This document shows positions 51,063-62,691 of a DNA stretch of 64,000 nucleotides, in pieces. The position numbers and the translations under genes are program-made. The notes beneath the pieces are model-generated. The model was not told the origin of the DNA. It ran no database searches and was given only the letters and a program-made list of their open reading frames with translations. Source of the DNA: Tubulanus polymorphus (taxonomy: Eukaryota; Animalia; Nemertea); NCBI RefSeq assembly GCF_964204645.1, contig NC_134025.1, positions 18,575,101 to 18,639,100 of the forward strand, given 5' to 3'. Each line of letters starts with the position of its first letter. The first letter of the stretch is position 1.

Positions 51063-52751
51063 TTTACATACGTTGTTCAAAGCCCAACGCGATGAATTTT
51101 CCGAGCGCTTTGGTTAGTTTAGGGGAACACATAATAATTTTGAATTTTTCCGAATTGACCTCATTTTCATGAAGGGGATAATATTCTTTAAATTCCATCA
51201 AAAGGTCTTTCTTGAGCTCCTGTAACTTTGTACATTCAAGTAGAAAATGTAGCTCATCTTCTATTACATTGCAACTTGTGCAAAGTCTTTGTTCTTTTGG
51301 TGTACTGGTATACCTTCCTGTTTCAATGGCTAACTTTTTTGTCCATATTCTTATGGATTCGTTTTGCTAAGTTTCTCTTAGGTAACCATATTTCGCATCC
51401 ATATAGGAGTATAGGGGTTACTAGAGTGTCAAATAATTGGAGCGATATATCAGGGGGGCAATTTTGGCTACCTATTAACCTCTGTACTGCGAACATAGCC
51501 CTACTCGCTGACTTGAATAGTTCCTCTCTAGCTCTTAGGAAACTACCTGTTGAACAAAACATCAAACCAAGATATTTATACTCTTTTACAATATCAACTT
51601 CTTGATTGCCCAGGTAAACTTTAGAATGAATCGGTATTTGTCCTTTCTTGTTGAAAATCATGCATTTGCTCTTTTCAGTGTTAATTTCTAATTTCCATGT
51701 TTCACAGTATTTTGACAATTTATCGAGACATTTCTGGAGACCCCTTTCCGAATTAGACACGAGTACCAAATCGTCAGCGTACAACAAACAATTTACAAGT
51801 AATTCCCCAATGGTGGTTGGATCCCATTCTTCATCAAAAATCGATACAATATCATTCACATAAAGGTTAAAAAGCATGGGGCTCAACACATTCCCCTGCT
51901 GTACTCCAATGCAAAACTCAAATTTATCAGATGCAGAAAATGGTCCTAGTTTTAGACGGCATGTCATGTTTTCATACATACTTTTAATTATTTCATTGAA
52001 GTGACTTCCAATTTCAGATTTTCTTAGTTTATGAATGAGACCTTGATGCCATAAAGAGTCAAATGCCTTCCTGAGATCTATGAAGCAACAATACAATTTA
52101 CCCAAGGTGGACAATTTGGAATCTATGAGTTTTTTTAAAGTTAACTTGTGATCTGTAGTTCTACTTTTTGGCATAAAACCAATCTGATTGGGGGTTATAA
52201 GGTTTTTATTGATAAGGTAATTAGTAAGTCTATTATTGAGGACCTGACAAAAAGCTTTACCCAAACAGCTACCCAGTGTGATTCCTCTATAATTATCTGG
52301 CAGCGTTCTGTCGCCTTTTTTCAGCAGAGGTACAATAAGACCTTCAGACCAAGATGTCGGGAATATACCCTTTGAGTAGACGAAATTGAACAATTTGGCA
52401 AGTGGTTTGATTATGTAGTCTTTGCCATATTTAAGTAGCTCGTTAGTTATTCCATCAAGACCTGAGGATGTACTGTTTTTAAGTTTAGACAGAGCACTGG
52501 ATATTTCTTCTTCAGTAATCCGGTAGTCTAATTCTGTAAAAACATTGTCGGCTCCAGATAAGCTGTCTTCGACAACGTTTTCGTGACAAATTTTGGCAGC
52601 GTTCAGCGACTTAAAGTGGTTGATAAATTCTGTAGAATTTTACAATATCATGTGGTTTTACTAGGTTTTGGAAACATACATCGTTTAATTTATCCATGCA
52701 CTGGCTAGAGAGACCATGTATATTCCATGCACACATATTAAGTAAGGGCAT
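51063..52751 (-). pseudogene. ORF2 remnant: APE N-terminus, deletion, RT (open 52393-51323), deletion/frameshift, CCHC-type C-terminus
   Basis: MPLLNMCAWNIHGL..HDIV, then a jump to GLDGITNELLK, NYRGITL, FIDLRKAFDS, GVQQGNVLSPMLF, LLYADD, PILLYGCEIW. Confidence 0.88.
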
Positions 52752-52825
52752 TATTATTCCGTTCAGGCAGGAGACTTCTTCCTAACCGGAGGAGTGTTAT
52801 AGACAAATTTCAGCTGGTTATTAAA

Positions 52826-54157
52826 TTAATTATGTATTCTTGGACGGGTAAATAATTTTAGAGCCCGTCTTACACCAGTGGCTAGATTGTTCGCAAATTG
52901 CCTTATACCGTTCTTGTTGTTAATGTGGAGGTCGTCTCTGTAGTATCGACGTCGGTCATTCAGGTTGTCGTGACGGATAACGTAAGCATTTCTATCTGCA
53001 GCTGCGAGCGATTCGAGCGTATAGTTAAAGGTTGAAGACTGGTCACCAAGACTTGGATGGTCGAATCTAGGCGGTATCTGAGAAACAACCAATCGTGTAT
53101 CTGGGAAGTAGAACTTAATTTTGTTCACAAGGCTGACAAAGCGATCTACACAGGTATTGGCACAATGTAGGTTTCGAATATCATTAGTACCAACATGTAA
53201 AACGATGCATGCAGGGTTTTTGCTTCTAATTCTATCCACAACTTGGCCTGCTTCTTTAATTGTATACGCCGTAAAGTTTTCAACCTGGCATTGATCGTTC
53301 ACAAAGCGGTTAGTGTCGATATATCGGATGTTCGAGTCTCCGATGATAAACACGTTATTACTTTGGCGACCCACGCGTTCTGGCGGATTTTTGTTGTCAC
53401 GGATATCACGGTTGCTCTCTCTAGATATTTCCGGCGGATACTTGTCACATCTATTTTCCAATCCATGGCGCCTCTCACTGTACAAGGGGCGCTCTAACTG
53501 ATTGTAATACGTATTGTTGTGAACCTCGCGGTACTTATCTCTTTTGCGGCGCGTTAGCTTATGGACGGTTTTTCCGGCTGGCTTCAATCTAGATTCTTCG
53601 TTGTCCCCGTATAATCCTAGTGACGACGTCGATGATATCGTTGAGTATTTGTCATCAAGGTCGGTTCCTTGTGACTGAAACGTTTGGATGGCCTCAAGCG
53701 ATTTCGAGGCTATATCTTGCAGGTTATCGAGTCTAGTTTCTGTGTTACAGACTTTCTGTAAGATATCACGTGTACGGTTAACACTCAGGTCCGCGATTTT
53801 CTTTAAATGTTCAGTCGTCTTAGCCGTTTCACTCACTGCGACCACTAGTTCGTTGATGTGGTCTACGCGTTTTGTGCAGTCTTCAAGTTTTTGTTGTAGC
53901 TGTTTTATTTGAGAAGACTGTGAGCATTGATTTACCTGCTGCAATATGTTTACCGTTGATTGTTGTATCGAGTTAAACATATTCATTATGTCTTCACCGT
54001 AAATTACTGTCATATCGGTTTGACAACTAGCGTTACGAGTATTCGAAGGTTGTGGCTCAGTTTGGATTTGTGCTTCTGTCTTGTTCGATGCGCAGGCGTA
54101 CCCCAAACTAGCCTCACTGGCCGGCGCTACTGTAAGTTTTTCGACAGGCTGGTGCAT
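52826..54157 (-). CDS. ORF1 C-terminal part: coiled coil + SGNH/GDSL esterase-like domain
   Basis: 443-aa open frame; heptad-rich QIKQLQQKLEDCTKRVDHINEL; SGNH blocks IIGDSN, LHVGTND and DDLH. Confidence 0.85.
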   Translation of the reverse strand: MHQPVEKLTVAPASEASLGYACASNKTEAQIQTEPQPSNTRNASCQTDMTVIYGEDIMNMFNSIQQSTVNILQQVNQCSQSSQIKQLQQKLEDCTKRVDHINELVVAVSETAKTTEHLKKIADLSVNRTRDILQKVCNTETRLDNLQDIASKSLEAIQTFQSQGTDLDDKYSTISSTSSLGLYGDNEESRLKPAGKTVHKLTRRKRDKYREVHNNTYYNQLERPLYSERRHGLENRCDKYPPEISRESNRDIRDNKNPPERVGRQSNNVFIIGDSNIRYIDTNRFVNDQCQVENFTAYTIKEAGQVVDRIRSKNPACIVLHVGTNDIRNLHCANTCVDRFVSLVNKIKFYFPDTRLVVSQIPPRFDHPSLGDQSSTFNYTLESLAAADRNAYVIRHDNLNDRRRYYRDDLHINNKNGIRQFANNLATGVRRALKLFTRPRIHN

Positions 54158-54228
54158 TTGTTATGAGTCAAACCTTCGCATAACGAACATTGGATCATGC
54201 TGTTCGTGTCCGGCCCGGAGCAGCAGGA

Positions 54229-54835
54229 TTATTTGTCATTCTGCTTTGAAGAACTCACGGATAACGCAGATTGCGATGGAACTTTCTTGAAGATTATCTC
54301 CAACAACTGAGGTAAGGCCTGGCTTAGCCAAACTAAGTAGGAGGAACCCTGAATGTGTAGTTTCGGAGATTTTTTAGTTGATCCCTTATACAAGGTAATG
54401 TGTACCGTTCCCAATGCAATTTTTTGAGTGTCTACATACACACCGCTGAAATGTACGCCATGATCCCCTCTATCGACAGGGTTTCCATACTGCGATCTAA
54501 ATTCCGAGTGAAATAGCTTAATTTTGTCCTTGCAATGCGAAAGATCAATAACGAGTGACTGTGATTTCTCATTTATGTTTATACTTTTGTTTGGAATACC
54601 AATGTTATCTTCCTCGCGGAAGGATCTTTGACGTTTGTCACTGCTTGACGGTGATGAAATATGACTGGTGTACAATATTTCTCGCAATTGAATATACGCT
54701 GCATTCAATTTTTGGAATTTAGAAGTCGAGTCCAGAGAATTATTCCTATCTGGGTGTATTTCACGAGCAAGAGTTAAGTACTGCAGCCGTAGAACATCCT
54801 GTGACGTTGGCATATCATAACCACATTATAAATGT
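54229..54835 (-). CDS. ORF1 N-terminal part: DnaJ (J) domain + unnamed domain
   Basis: TSQDVLRLQYLTLAREIHPDRNNSLDSTSKFQKLNAAYIQL, with HPD at 54756-54748. Helix-I-like YNV.GYD lies across a frameshift at ~54825. Confidence 0.8.
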
Positions 54836-55779
54836 GGCTGGAATAAAAATAAATTATCGTATTCATGAATACCAAATCGTAGTTTTTAAATATCTTGAGA
54901 TTTTTTGGTGAAAAATAGTATTTTGCTGATTTAAAGAGAAAAACGTACTTTGACCGTACTGCCATACTGACAATGACGGTGAGTGTTGTCTACTGTTATA
55001 TACTAACTCATACTATGGTCAAGTTTCAGGTTCGCGCTTCATGCACAGCGTATTCCTGGCTACTTATATTTCAGATTTTTTCCGGTTTGTAACTGTTTCT
55101 GTGTATGGGTATTGTCCCTATAGTAGTTACCTCTCTATATAATCTCATAACATTTAGTTTTCTGGGCATTTGCCATTTGAGTTTAGACCATGTGAATCTA
55201 GCCGGATGAAGAGCTGTAAGTTGTATGCAATGTACTACCTCAAATTTTGCCTACTTCTGAAATTCTTATTTATTGAATATGTATTTAGCTGTTGTTCTAT
55301 TTTTTGTAGTTAACTCGTTATCGTTTTCGCTACCGCTCGGCCGGTCATTAAACAGTTTGACATTAAAGCGTTGTCCAGTTGTTGGTCCTTTGTCGCTCAG
55401 TCTCCGACAGTGACTTGAGTCAAGTGATATCCCGATATGACATAAGGCAGGGAAATAATGATTATTTAACAGAATTCCTTCAATTTTTTTCTTTCAGAAA
55501 TGAATTCACTCTTTCTTTCAACAAACTCAGCCATGGTATATGACCACATAATAGCACGAGTAAGGACGTTCTGCTAATGAATTGTTGTTCACAACGAGTG
55601 AAAAATGCTGCACTTTAGCGGCTGAAAACTGGTAAGTAATTTTCGTGATTTTAGAGGAAAAGAGCGGTGTGAATAGACAACCATCCTCAGCCACCCGAAC
55701 TCATTACAAATACGTCTGGATTAGGCGGAAGAACAAGCTCAGGCCTACGAACAAACAAAAACAAGCCATATAACCTGGG

Positions 55780-56720
55780 CCATAAACACAGAGCGAACTG
55801 CGGACAACAATCCCAGTTGGTCAGCTGAGACTAGTCCTTAAGGTAAAACGAAGTAAAGGTTGAAGGACACAAAAGGCTGCCCGACACACCTACTCCAAAG
55901 CAACTTCCATGAAAGCTACGCAAGATGTCCACATGACCAAACTTGGTGGGAAAAACCCTCTCCCCAGGCATGTCTGGAAAAGAAGAAAGAGATTCCTCTA
56001 TCTCATCTACAATCCAGCACGAGATTGACTCTCGACAAATGTCTGCCTTGACCTGTCACTAAGGCAGGAAAAGGCTATCCGTCAAGGTTAGGCTCCATGA
56101 CCTGCAAGTAACGCTTGAGTGCTCAGACCAGACACAATACCAAACTGGAAGATACTTAGTCATTCTGAGTCAGTGCTTGGATACGCCATTCTTGAGCCAC
56201 ACACGAGGGCTGTTGGTTCTTAGCCAGACACACCGAGCCTCAACAAGACAAATCTATCACCAGGGTCGAAGAATATATCATGGTTCCCACAGTTATATGA
56301 ATTCAAAATTCCCAAGTATTTCATGGGTGATTTATTAATTTTCCCAAATGGAAATGAACTTATATCGTCATACTACAGTTAACATTTAAGTGGAGACTGG
56401 TTGATAAAGGTGATTTTCAAGAGAAATCACCGAAGAAAGTTGCCCTTGGCAAATGTAGTACGTGAAATGTAAATGAATTTCCCAAATATTTCCCTGTTTT
56501 GAGGAATATTTTTCAAATTCCCAAATATTTCCAAACTGGAAATTATCATTTCAAAATTCCCAATTTTTTCCCAATTTCCCTGTTCTGTGGGAACCATGAT
56601 ATACTTCCTTCCAGGACCAAGAATCTTGCAGCCATTGCCAGGCATAGGAGGACGGCCGTCTTCATGGAAAAATACACTGTAGAGATCCATTGGTGATCGT
56701 GACTGACGTCCCCAGGTGAG
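55780..56720 (-). pseudogene. DIRS-type tyrosine recombinase remnant, interrupted by a MITE
   Basis: SMKTAVLLCLAMAAR, ISCWIVDEI, VALE*VCRAA and STFTSFYLKD occur in the expected order. Confidence 0.68.
56279..56598. mobile_element. MITE with CATGGTTCCCACAG TIRs
   Basis: Perfect inverted repeat (extends to 19 bp with TATA flanks); internal TTCCCAAA repeats; TSD length ambiguous. Confidence 0.8.
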
Positions 56721-58084
56721 CGAGTCTCAGGGATTATTACTGATGGCTAATGACTGAGACTTCTTGCTACTCAACTTAGTTGACACTTAGTCACCCGGTG
56801 AATGAGGAGACCGTTCGGCACACTTACTTGCTAGCCGACTCCTCGGATACCCGAGTATTCGCTACGTTAGACCCAACTTCATATTGGAAGGACAGGGTCG
56901 TGAGTCGTAAGTCAGTGTTTTCATTAATCATTTTAGCCATCAGGTCATTTAGTAAAACAGCAGAGTCTCGACTAACTTTGACTGAAGGCCAAAACGGGTT
57001 CATAGTTGGAAGGCTATAGGAAAATAGCCTATGAGCACTGTAAGCACTTATTTCAGACCTAAGTAAGCACTTTATACAAGAAAATCAGGCTAGAAAGTGA
57101 ATTTCACTGCAATTGACTGCTTACCTTATGAAAAATTAACTAATAACTGCAGCAATTTTTAAAGAAATTTGCAATCTTTCAAGCCAGTGACCAAATGCCT
57201 ATTTACTAAACCCTTTAAATTGGTTGAAGTAGGCCTACTGATTTTACCAGCATGAATGAAAGGTTGAAGCAGAAAAGGAAATTTATAATCTTATATTAAA
57301 TTGAAAGGGATCATAGCTTCCTTCTTTGAGTATTTTCCATCTAAAATCTTTGATGGACTGGAGAAAAATAAAGAAGGAAAACTGGATTGGATTGAATTCC
57401 AATGAGAAGAAATCTTACTTTTTTCAAAAGATCATAAAATAGATAACTTATGTCAAGATGGAAATATAAGGGAAAAGTTTGTTTTAAAGTTAGATATAAT
57501 AAATTCAAAGCGGATCCGTGCTCCAAGTGATTAAAAAATCCTATCATGTGTCCCCTTGAACCAAGAAATTTGTATGAAAATTGCATATGATGATTTATCA
57601 TGGTTAGTTGTGGTTTTGGGTTTTCCCTAATGACATAAAACAACTAAAACTTGAACATTAACTACTGGGAACAAACAAAATCAGACGATGCTATATAAGT
57701 TTTTCAAATTTCAGGGCAGTACATATTAAACCAGGACAGCCGGTTACTGTTGAAATCAAGTTCAGCAACTGAGTGAATGTGCCTTTCAATAGTTTCATTC
57801 ATGATAGCTTTTAATAGTAAAACAATTTAGGCCCAAGCTTAAAACATTTTTAAATGTGACACCATGTCTTCGCATGACCATTCGACAATTAAAATGTGGG
57901 TCTGATGATGCATGTCTGTGTGCATGCGGTAAGAACACTAATCTTCTCCGTGGAAACTGTTATCTACTACTACACGTAATTGATACTTTAATGGTAAACG
58001 GTTAACGGCTTATTGCTGACAATGCAATCGACTCGCGTTGTGCACTAAGTATCAAAAATATCAAAATCATCAGTGTTGCAAACT

Positions 58085-58505
<421 letters not shown>

Positions 58506-58514
58506 CAAAATACG

Positions 58515-59302
58515 AAATATAGCGGAAAAGCAGCGATAACAGGTTTTCTGCACAGTCTTAGAATCCTGTTCAACTGTGGATTTCGACAAAGCGTTAGATA
58601 AGGTACAGCATCAGCCATTACTAAACAGGCTACAGGAAACAGTATCAATGATAGTTGATTACAAATGGTTCAGCAGTTATCTCTGAACGGAAACTTGTAA
58701 CCGAAATCAACAGAACGCCTCATCTTGGAATAAGACGGTCTAAGTAGTGGAGTCACGCAAGGTAGTATCCTAAGTCGTCTTCTGTTTAATGTCCTGACAA
58801 ATGACATACACAGTAATCCAAAATATACCAGACTGAGTAAAGGTGATTTACACTGTTCTCAGGAATAAAGAAAATGTTAGAAAAGGTCTGTCTATGGTCG
58901 GAAGATTATCATCCCAGTTGAGACCGTAAAGCACAGTACCGGTAGGCCTAAAGCCTTTAGGTCGCGTAAAATCGATCAACACTTCAAGTGACACAGCGAA
59001 CGATCTCCTATCCCCCACAGCGAAGGCTTACTCCGAATGTCAAGTGTGAGTCCAGCATACGGATAGGAGTGTGTTATATACTTGTATTTAGTAAATACCT
59101 TGTGCATTTGACAATGATCGGTATGTACTGTATGGAATGAGACGGTCTAACTAGTGGAGTCACGCAAGGTAGTATCCTAAGTCGTCTTCTGTTTAATGTC
59201 CTGACAAATGACATACACAGTAATCCAAAATATACCAGACCGAGTAAATTTCCAAAACGACCTTAACACACTGTTCGACCAAAAAACTTAATGTTCCGAC
59301 AA
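58515..59302 (+). mobile_element. Rearranged copy of family X
   Basis: Reverse complement of ~35110-34787, then ~30010-29797, then ~34902-34733. Confidence 0.85.
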
Positions 59303-61517
59303 AACCACGGGGACAAAACCAAAATTATGAATTGTCGCGGGTGACAAAACCAAAATATTGAATTGTCACGGGCGACAAAACAAAAATAATGAATTGTCGC
59401 GGGCGATAAAACCAAAATAATGAATTGTCGCGGGCGATAAAACCACAATAATGAATTGTCGCGGGCGTTAAAACCAAAAAATTGAATTGTCGCGACGATA
59501 AAACCAAAATAATGAATTGTCGCGGACGACAAAAACAAAATATTGAATTGTTGCGTGCGACAAAACCAGAATAATGAATTGTCGAGGGAGACAAAACCAA
59601 ACTAGGGGTCCAGGGACACCATGCTCACTTGGGAAGTGGTTTCAAATGCTCAACAATCTAACAATTTCAATACAAAACGCCCTGTAGTGACCATATACAA
59701 AAACCAATGACCTATGATTTTGTAATTGATTGTGATAACAAAATATGCCTCGTTACCAATTTAATATGGAAATACTAAGTTATTCTACTATTCAACGCCC
59801 CTGGTGACCATATGCAAAACCCAATGACCTTAAAACTCACCACAATCGTAGTACATGTCATAAAATACAACTTTGCAATTGATCATAGTAACAAAATATG
59901 CACAGGTACCAATCTAATAAGGAAATACTAAGCCATTCTACTATTCAACGCCCCCTGGTGACTATATGGAATAACTAATGTCCTTAAAAACTCACCACAA
60001 TCATAGACGATGTCATGATCTACAACTTTGCAATGGATCATGGTAACAAACTATGCCTAGGTACCAATCTAATAAGGAAAAACTAAGCTTTTCTACTATT
60101 CAACGCCCCCTGGTGACTATATGGAATAACTAATGTCCTTAAAAACTCACCACAATCATAGACAATGTCATGAACTACAACTTTGCAATTGATCATGGTA
60201 ACAAAATATGCCTTGGTACAAATATAATATAGCAATACTAAGTTATTGTATTATTCAACGCCCCCTGATGGCCACATACTAAAACCAATGACCTTGAAAC
60301 TCACCTAAATCATAGAACACGTTATGGGCTACAACTTTCCAATTGAATATAGTGGCCCCCTGATGGCCACATACTAAAACCAATGACCTTGAAACTCACC
60401 TAAATCATAGAACACGTTATGGGCTACAACTTTCCAATTGAATATAGTAACACAATATGCTTAGGTATCAATTTAATGTGGAAAAACTTTTTCCCACCTA
60501 CGAATGAGTACTGATGACACCAAGATGGCCGCCAATTGCGTCATAATTGGCTGATCAAAAATACCTGTCCCAGGTATAAAACATCCCTCTCTAAGGAATA
60601 CCCATCAGCAATTGCAATGAGAAATGGCAAACCAGTAGGAAGCTACAGGACCTAGATTTCTGGCCAAAATTGACATTTTTGGGCACTAAAAAGCCCATAG
60701 GACGGCCATCTTGAGTCAGATCGACCCAATTTTCTTATGCTGATGGGCCTTTGGTAGATTCAAATATGAACGAAAGATCAAGGTAATTGATCAAAGCGTC
60801 TTCAACATTTCCCACGAAAACTTCGAAAATGTTTAAAAAGTGCTGATTTTGGCAAACAACAATGGCTGCCAGTCGGCCATCTTGAATCTGACAGGGCCAG
60901 TTTTTGGGCTGACGATGTGTCTAGGGTAGATACATGTATAAACCAAATATCACGACATTACCTTGAAGCGTCTTCAAAACTTCCCAAAATAACTGGATTC
61001 CGTCTATGGACGGACGGACGGACGAAAAGTGAACACAATAGCCCGCTGGGACTAAAGACCCAAGTGGACTGAAAAAGAATTGTCGCAGGCGACAAAACCA
61101 AAATAATGAATTGTCGCAGGTGATAAAACCAAAATAATGAATTGTCGCGGGCGACAAAACCAAAATAATGAATTGTCGCGGGCAATAAAACCAAAATAAT
61201 GAATTGTCGCGGGCGACAAAACCAAAATAATGAATTGTCTCGAGCGACAAAACCAAAATAATGAATTGTCGCGGACGATAAAAACAAAATATTGAATTGT
61301 CGCGGGCGATAAAACTAAAATATTGAATTGTCGCGGGCCATAAAACAAAAATAATGAATTGTCGCGGGCGACAAAACCAAAATATTGAATTGTCGCGGGC
61401 GACAAAACCAAAAAAAAATTGTCGCGGGTGACAAAAACAAAGTATAAAACCAAAATAATGAATTGTCGCGCGCGTCAAAACCAAAACCAAGAATTGTCGC
61501 GGGCGACAAAACCAAAC
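59297..61517. repeat. 31-bp palindromic tandem array 1 (split by a family Z insertion)
   Basis: Unit GAATTGTCGCGGGCGACAAAACCAAAATAAT at 59297-59600 and 61076-61517. Confidence 0.95.
59601..61075 (+). mobile_element. Helentron-like non-autonomous element (family Z) with ~155-bp internal tandem repeats
   Basis: Starts ACTAGGGGTCC; TTCAACGCCC at 59791, 59944, 60099 and 60254; (GGAC)n; 3' hairpin near 61042-61068; inserted in an A-run without TSD. Confidence 0.75.
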
Positions 61518-62691
61518 AAGAAAATTAATTTTAGAAAATTATTTGACGCCTGGGGAAAAAATGTAGAATTTCTGGGCTTAGCTAATGTGGAATTGCAAAT
61601 TTGAAATCGAAGTTTTAAGAAATTTGGGGAATGATGAGATTTGGCGATTGGGTAGATGATACAGGCTCAGGTCTTCGACTCTAGTAGTGGTTTAAATTTT
61701 TTTATTGAAAATTCTCAATAATTGATCGCGAACTTGCGACCGACATCATTTACTTATGCCTCTAAGCTGGTTTGCAACTTCATTGCCTCCATGGATGAAG
61801 AAAGAGCTCTTCTGATGTCTGCTTCATCATGACTTCGAGCATATCGTGTGGCCTAGCCAGCCGGCCCGGGCCACGGGTTTGGGCTGTCACTCGATATCCT
61901 AGAGTCTTGAGTCTGGGTGGGTTGAAGTAGACATTGTCATTTAAAATAACATGCTTATGTTGTTCTGTATGAATTACCCATGTGTCATGTATGTTGTATT
62001 AATTTATTTTAAAATATGTATTTATTGAATTTGGGAATTTTATCCCGGAATTTCAATGTAATAAGGATCAATAAAGAATTGAATTGAATTGTCACCTAAT
62101 ACACATGCCATCAGAGGACACGGAGCCGTATATGACAGCCATGCTATTATAAAATGCTAATCTCACGACACTTGCATACTCCTAATATCAAACATATTTT
62201 CTAAAACGTTTGAATATTGAAATTATATGTTTACACATTTTCATATTGACCGCTTGTAGCCGCTGATGAAATTCACGCTTGCCCTACACACATCGTAGAT
62301 AGCTTCGTCATTCCACCGGCATGCCCACGTCAGGGTCTGACTTTTATATCAGACTTCCGCATCGTGTATACATCCGCCATTTAACCGAATAATCCGATTT
62401 ACTTATCATTTCAATTTATACCTGCCGCTTCTGATATAATCATACATCCTTTACTATTACAATACGTCTTCTAATGATATTCAATGCAATATAACATTTC
62501 GACGGTCAAATATAGGTCATTATATAATCACAGGAAGCCATTCTACATCTATGTCAATAATATTTTGCCAGATAGCTTGTTTGTGTACACATAAACCTGT
62601 GACGTTTTGCACATCGATTTACGGCTGTCGTTTGTAAAATGACGCTGAATGGTTAGCATTGTTTAGGTTTCATAATGGTAACGTTTTATAA

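Larger units (their letters stand above)
50879..54970 (-). mobile_element. RTEX-like non-LTR retrotransposon (ORF1 + internally deleted ORF2, (ATTGA)n tail)
   Basis: Collinear ORF1, APE start, RT, C-terminal IETGRY..RLCTSCNVIEDELHFLLEC, AATAAA and (ATTGA)n at 50879-50907. The 5' boundary is approximate. Confidence 0.82.

Noticed and set aside
54229-54813. Stand-alone host DnaJ gene
   Set aside because: It is intronless, has no G/F-rich or zinc-finger DnaJ regions, and continues by read-through into PHD and esterase sequence collinear with a LINE. Not fully excluded without other copies.
61840-62091. GC-rich stretch as a possible HDV-like ribozyme upstream of an AATAAA-(GAATT)n tail
   Set aside because: The nested double pseudoknot could not be built; the tail suggests only a LINE 3'-end remnant.
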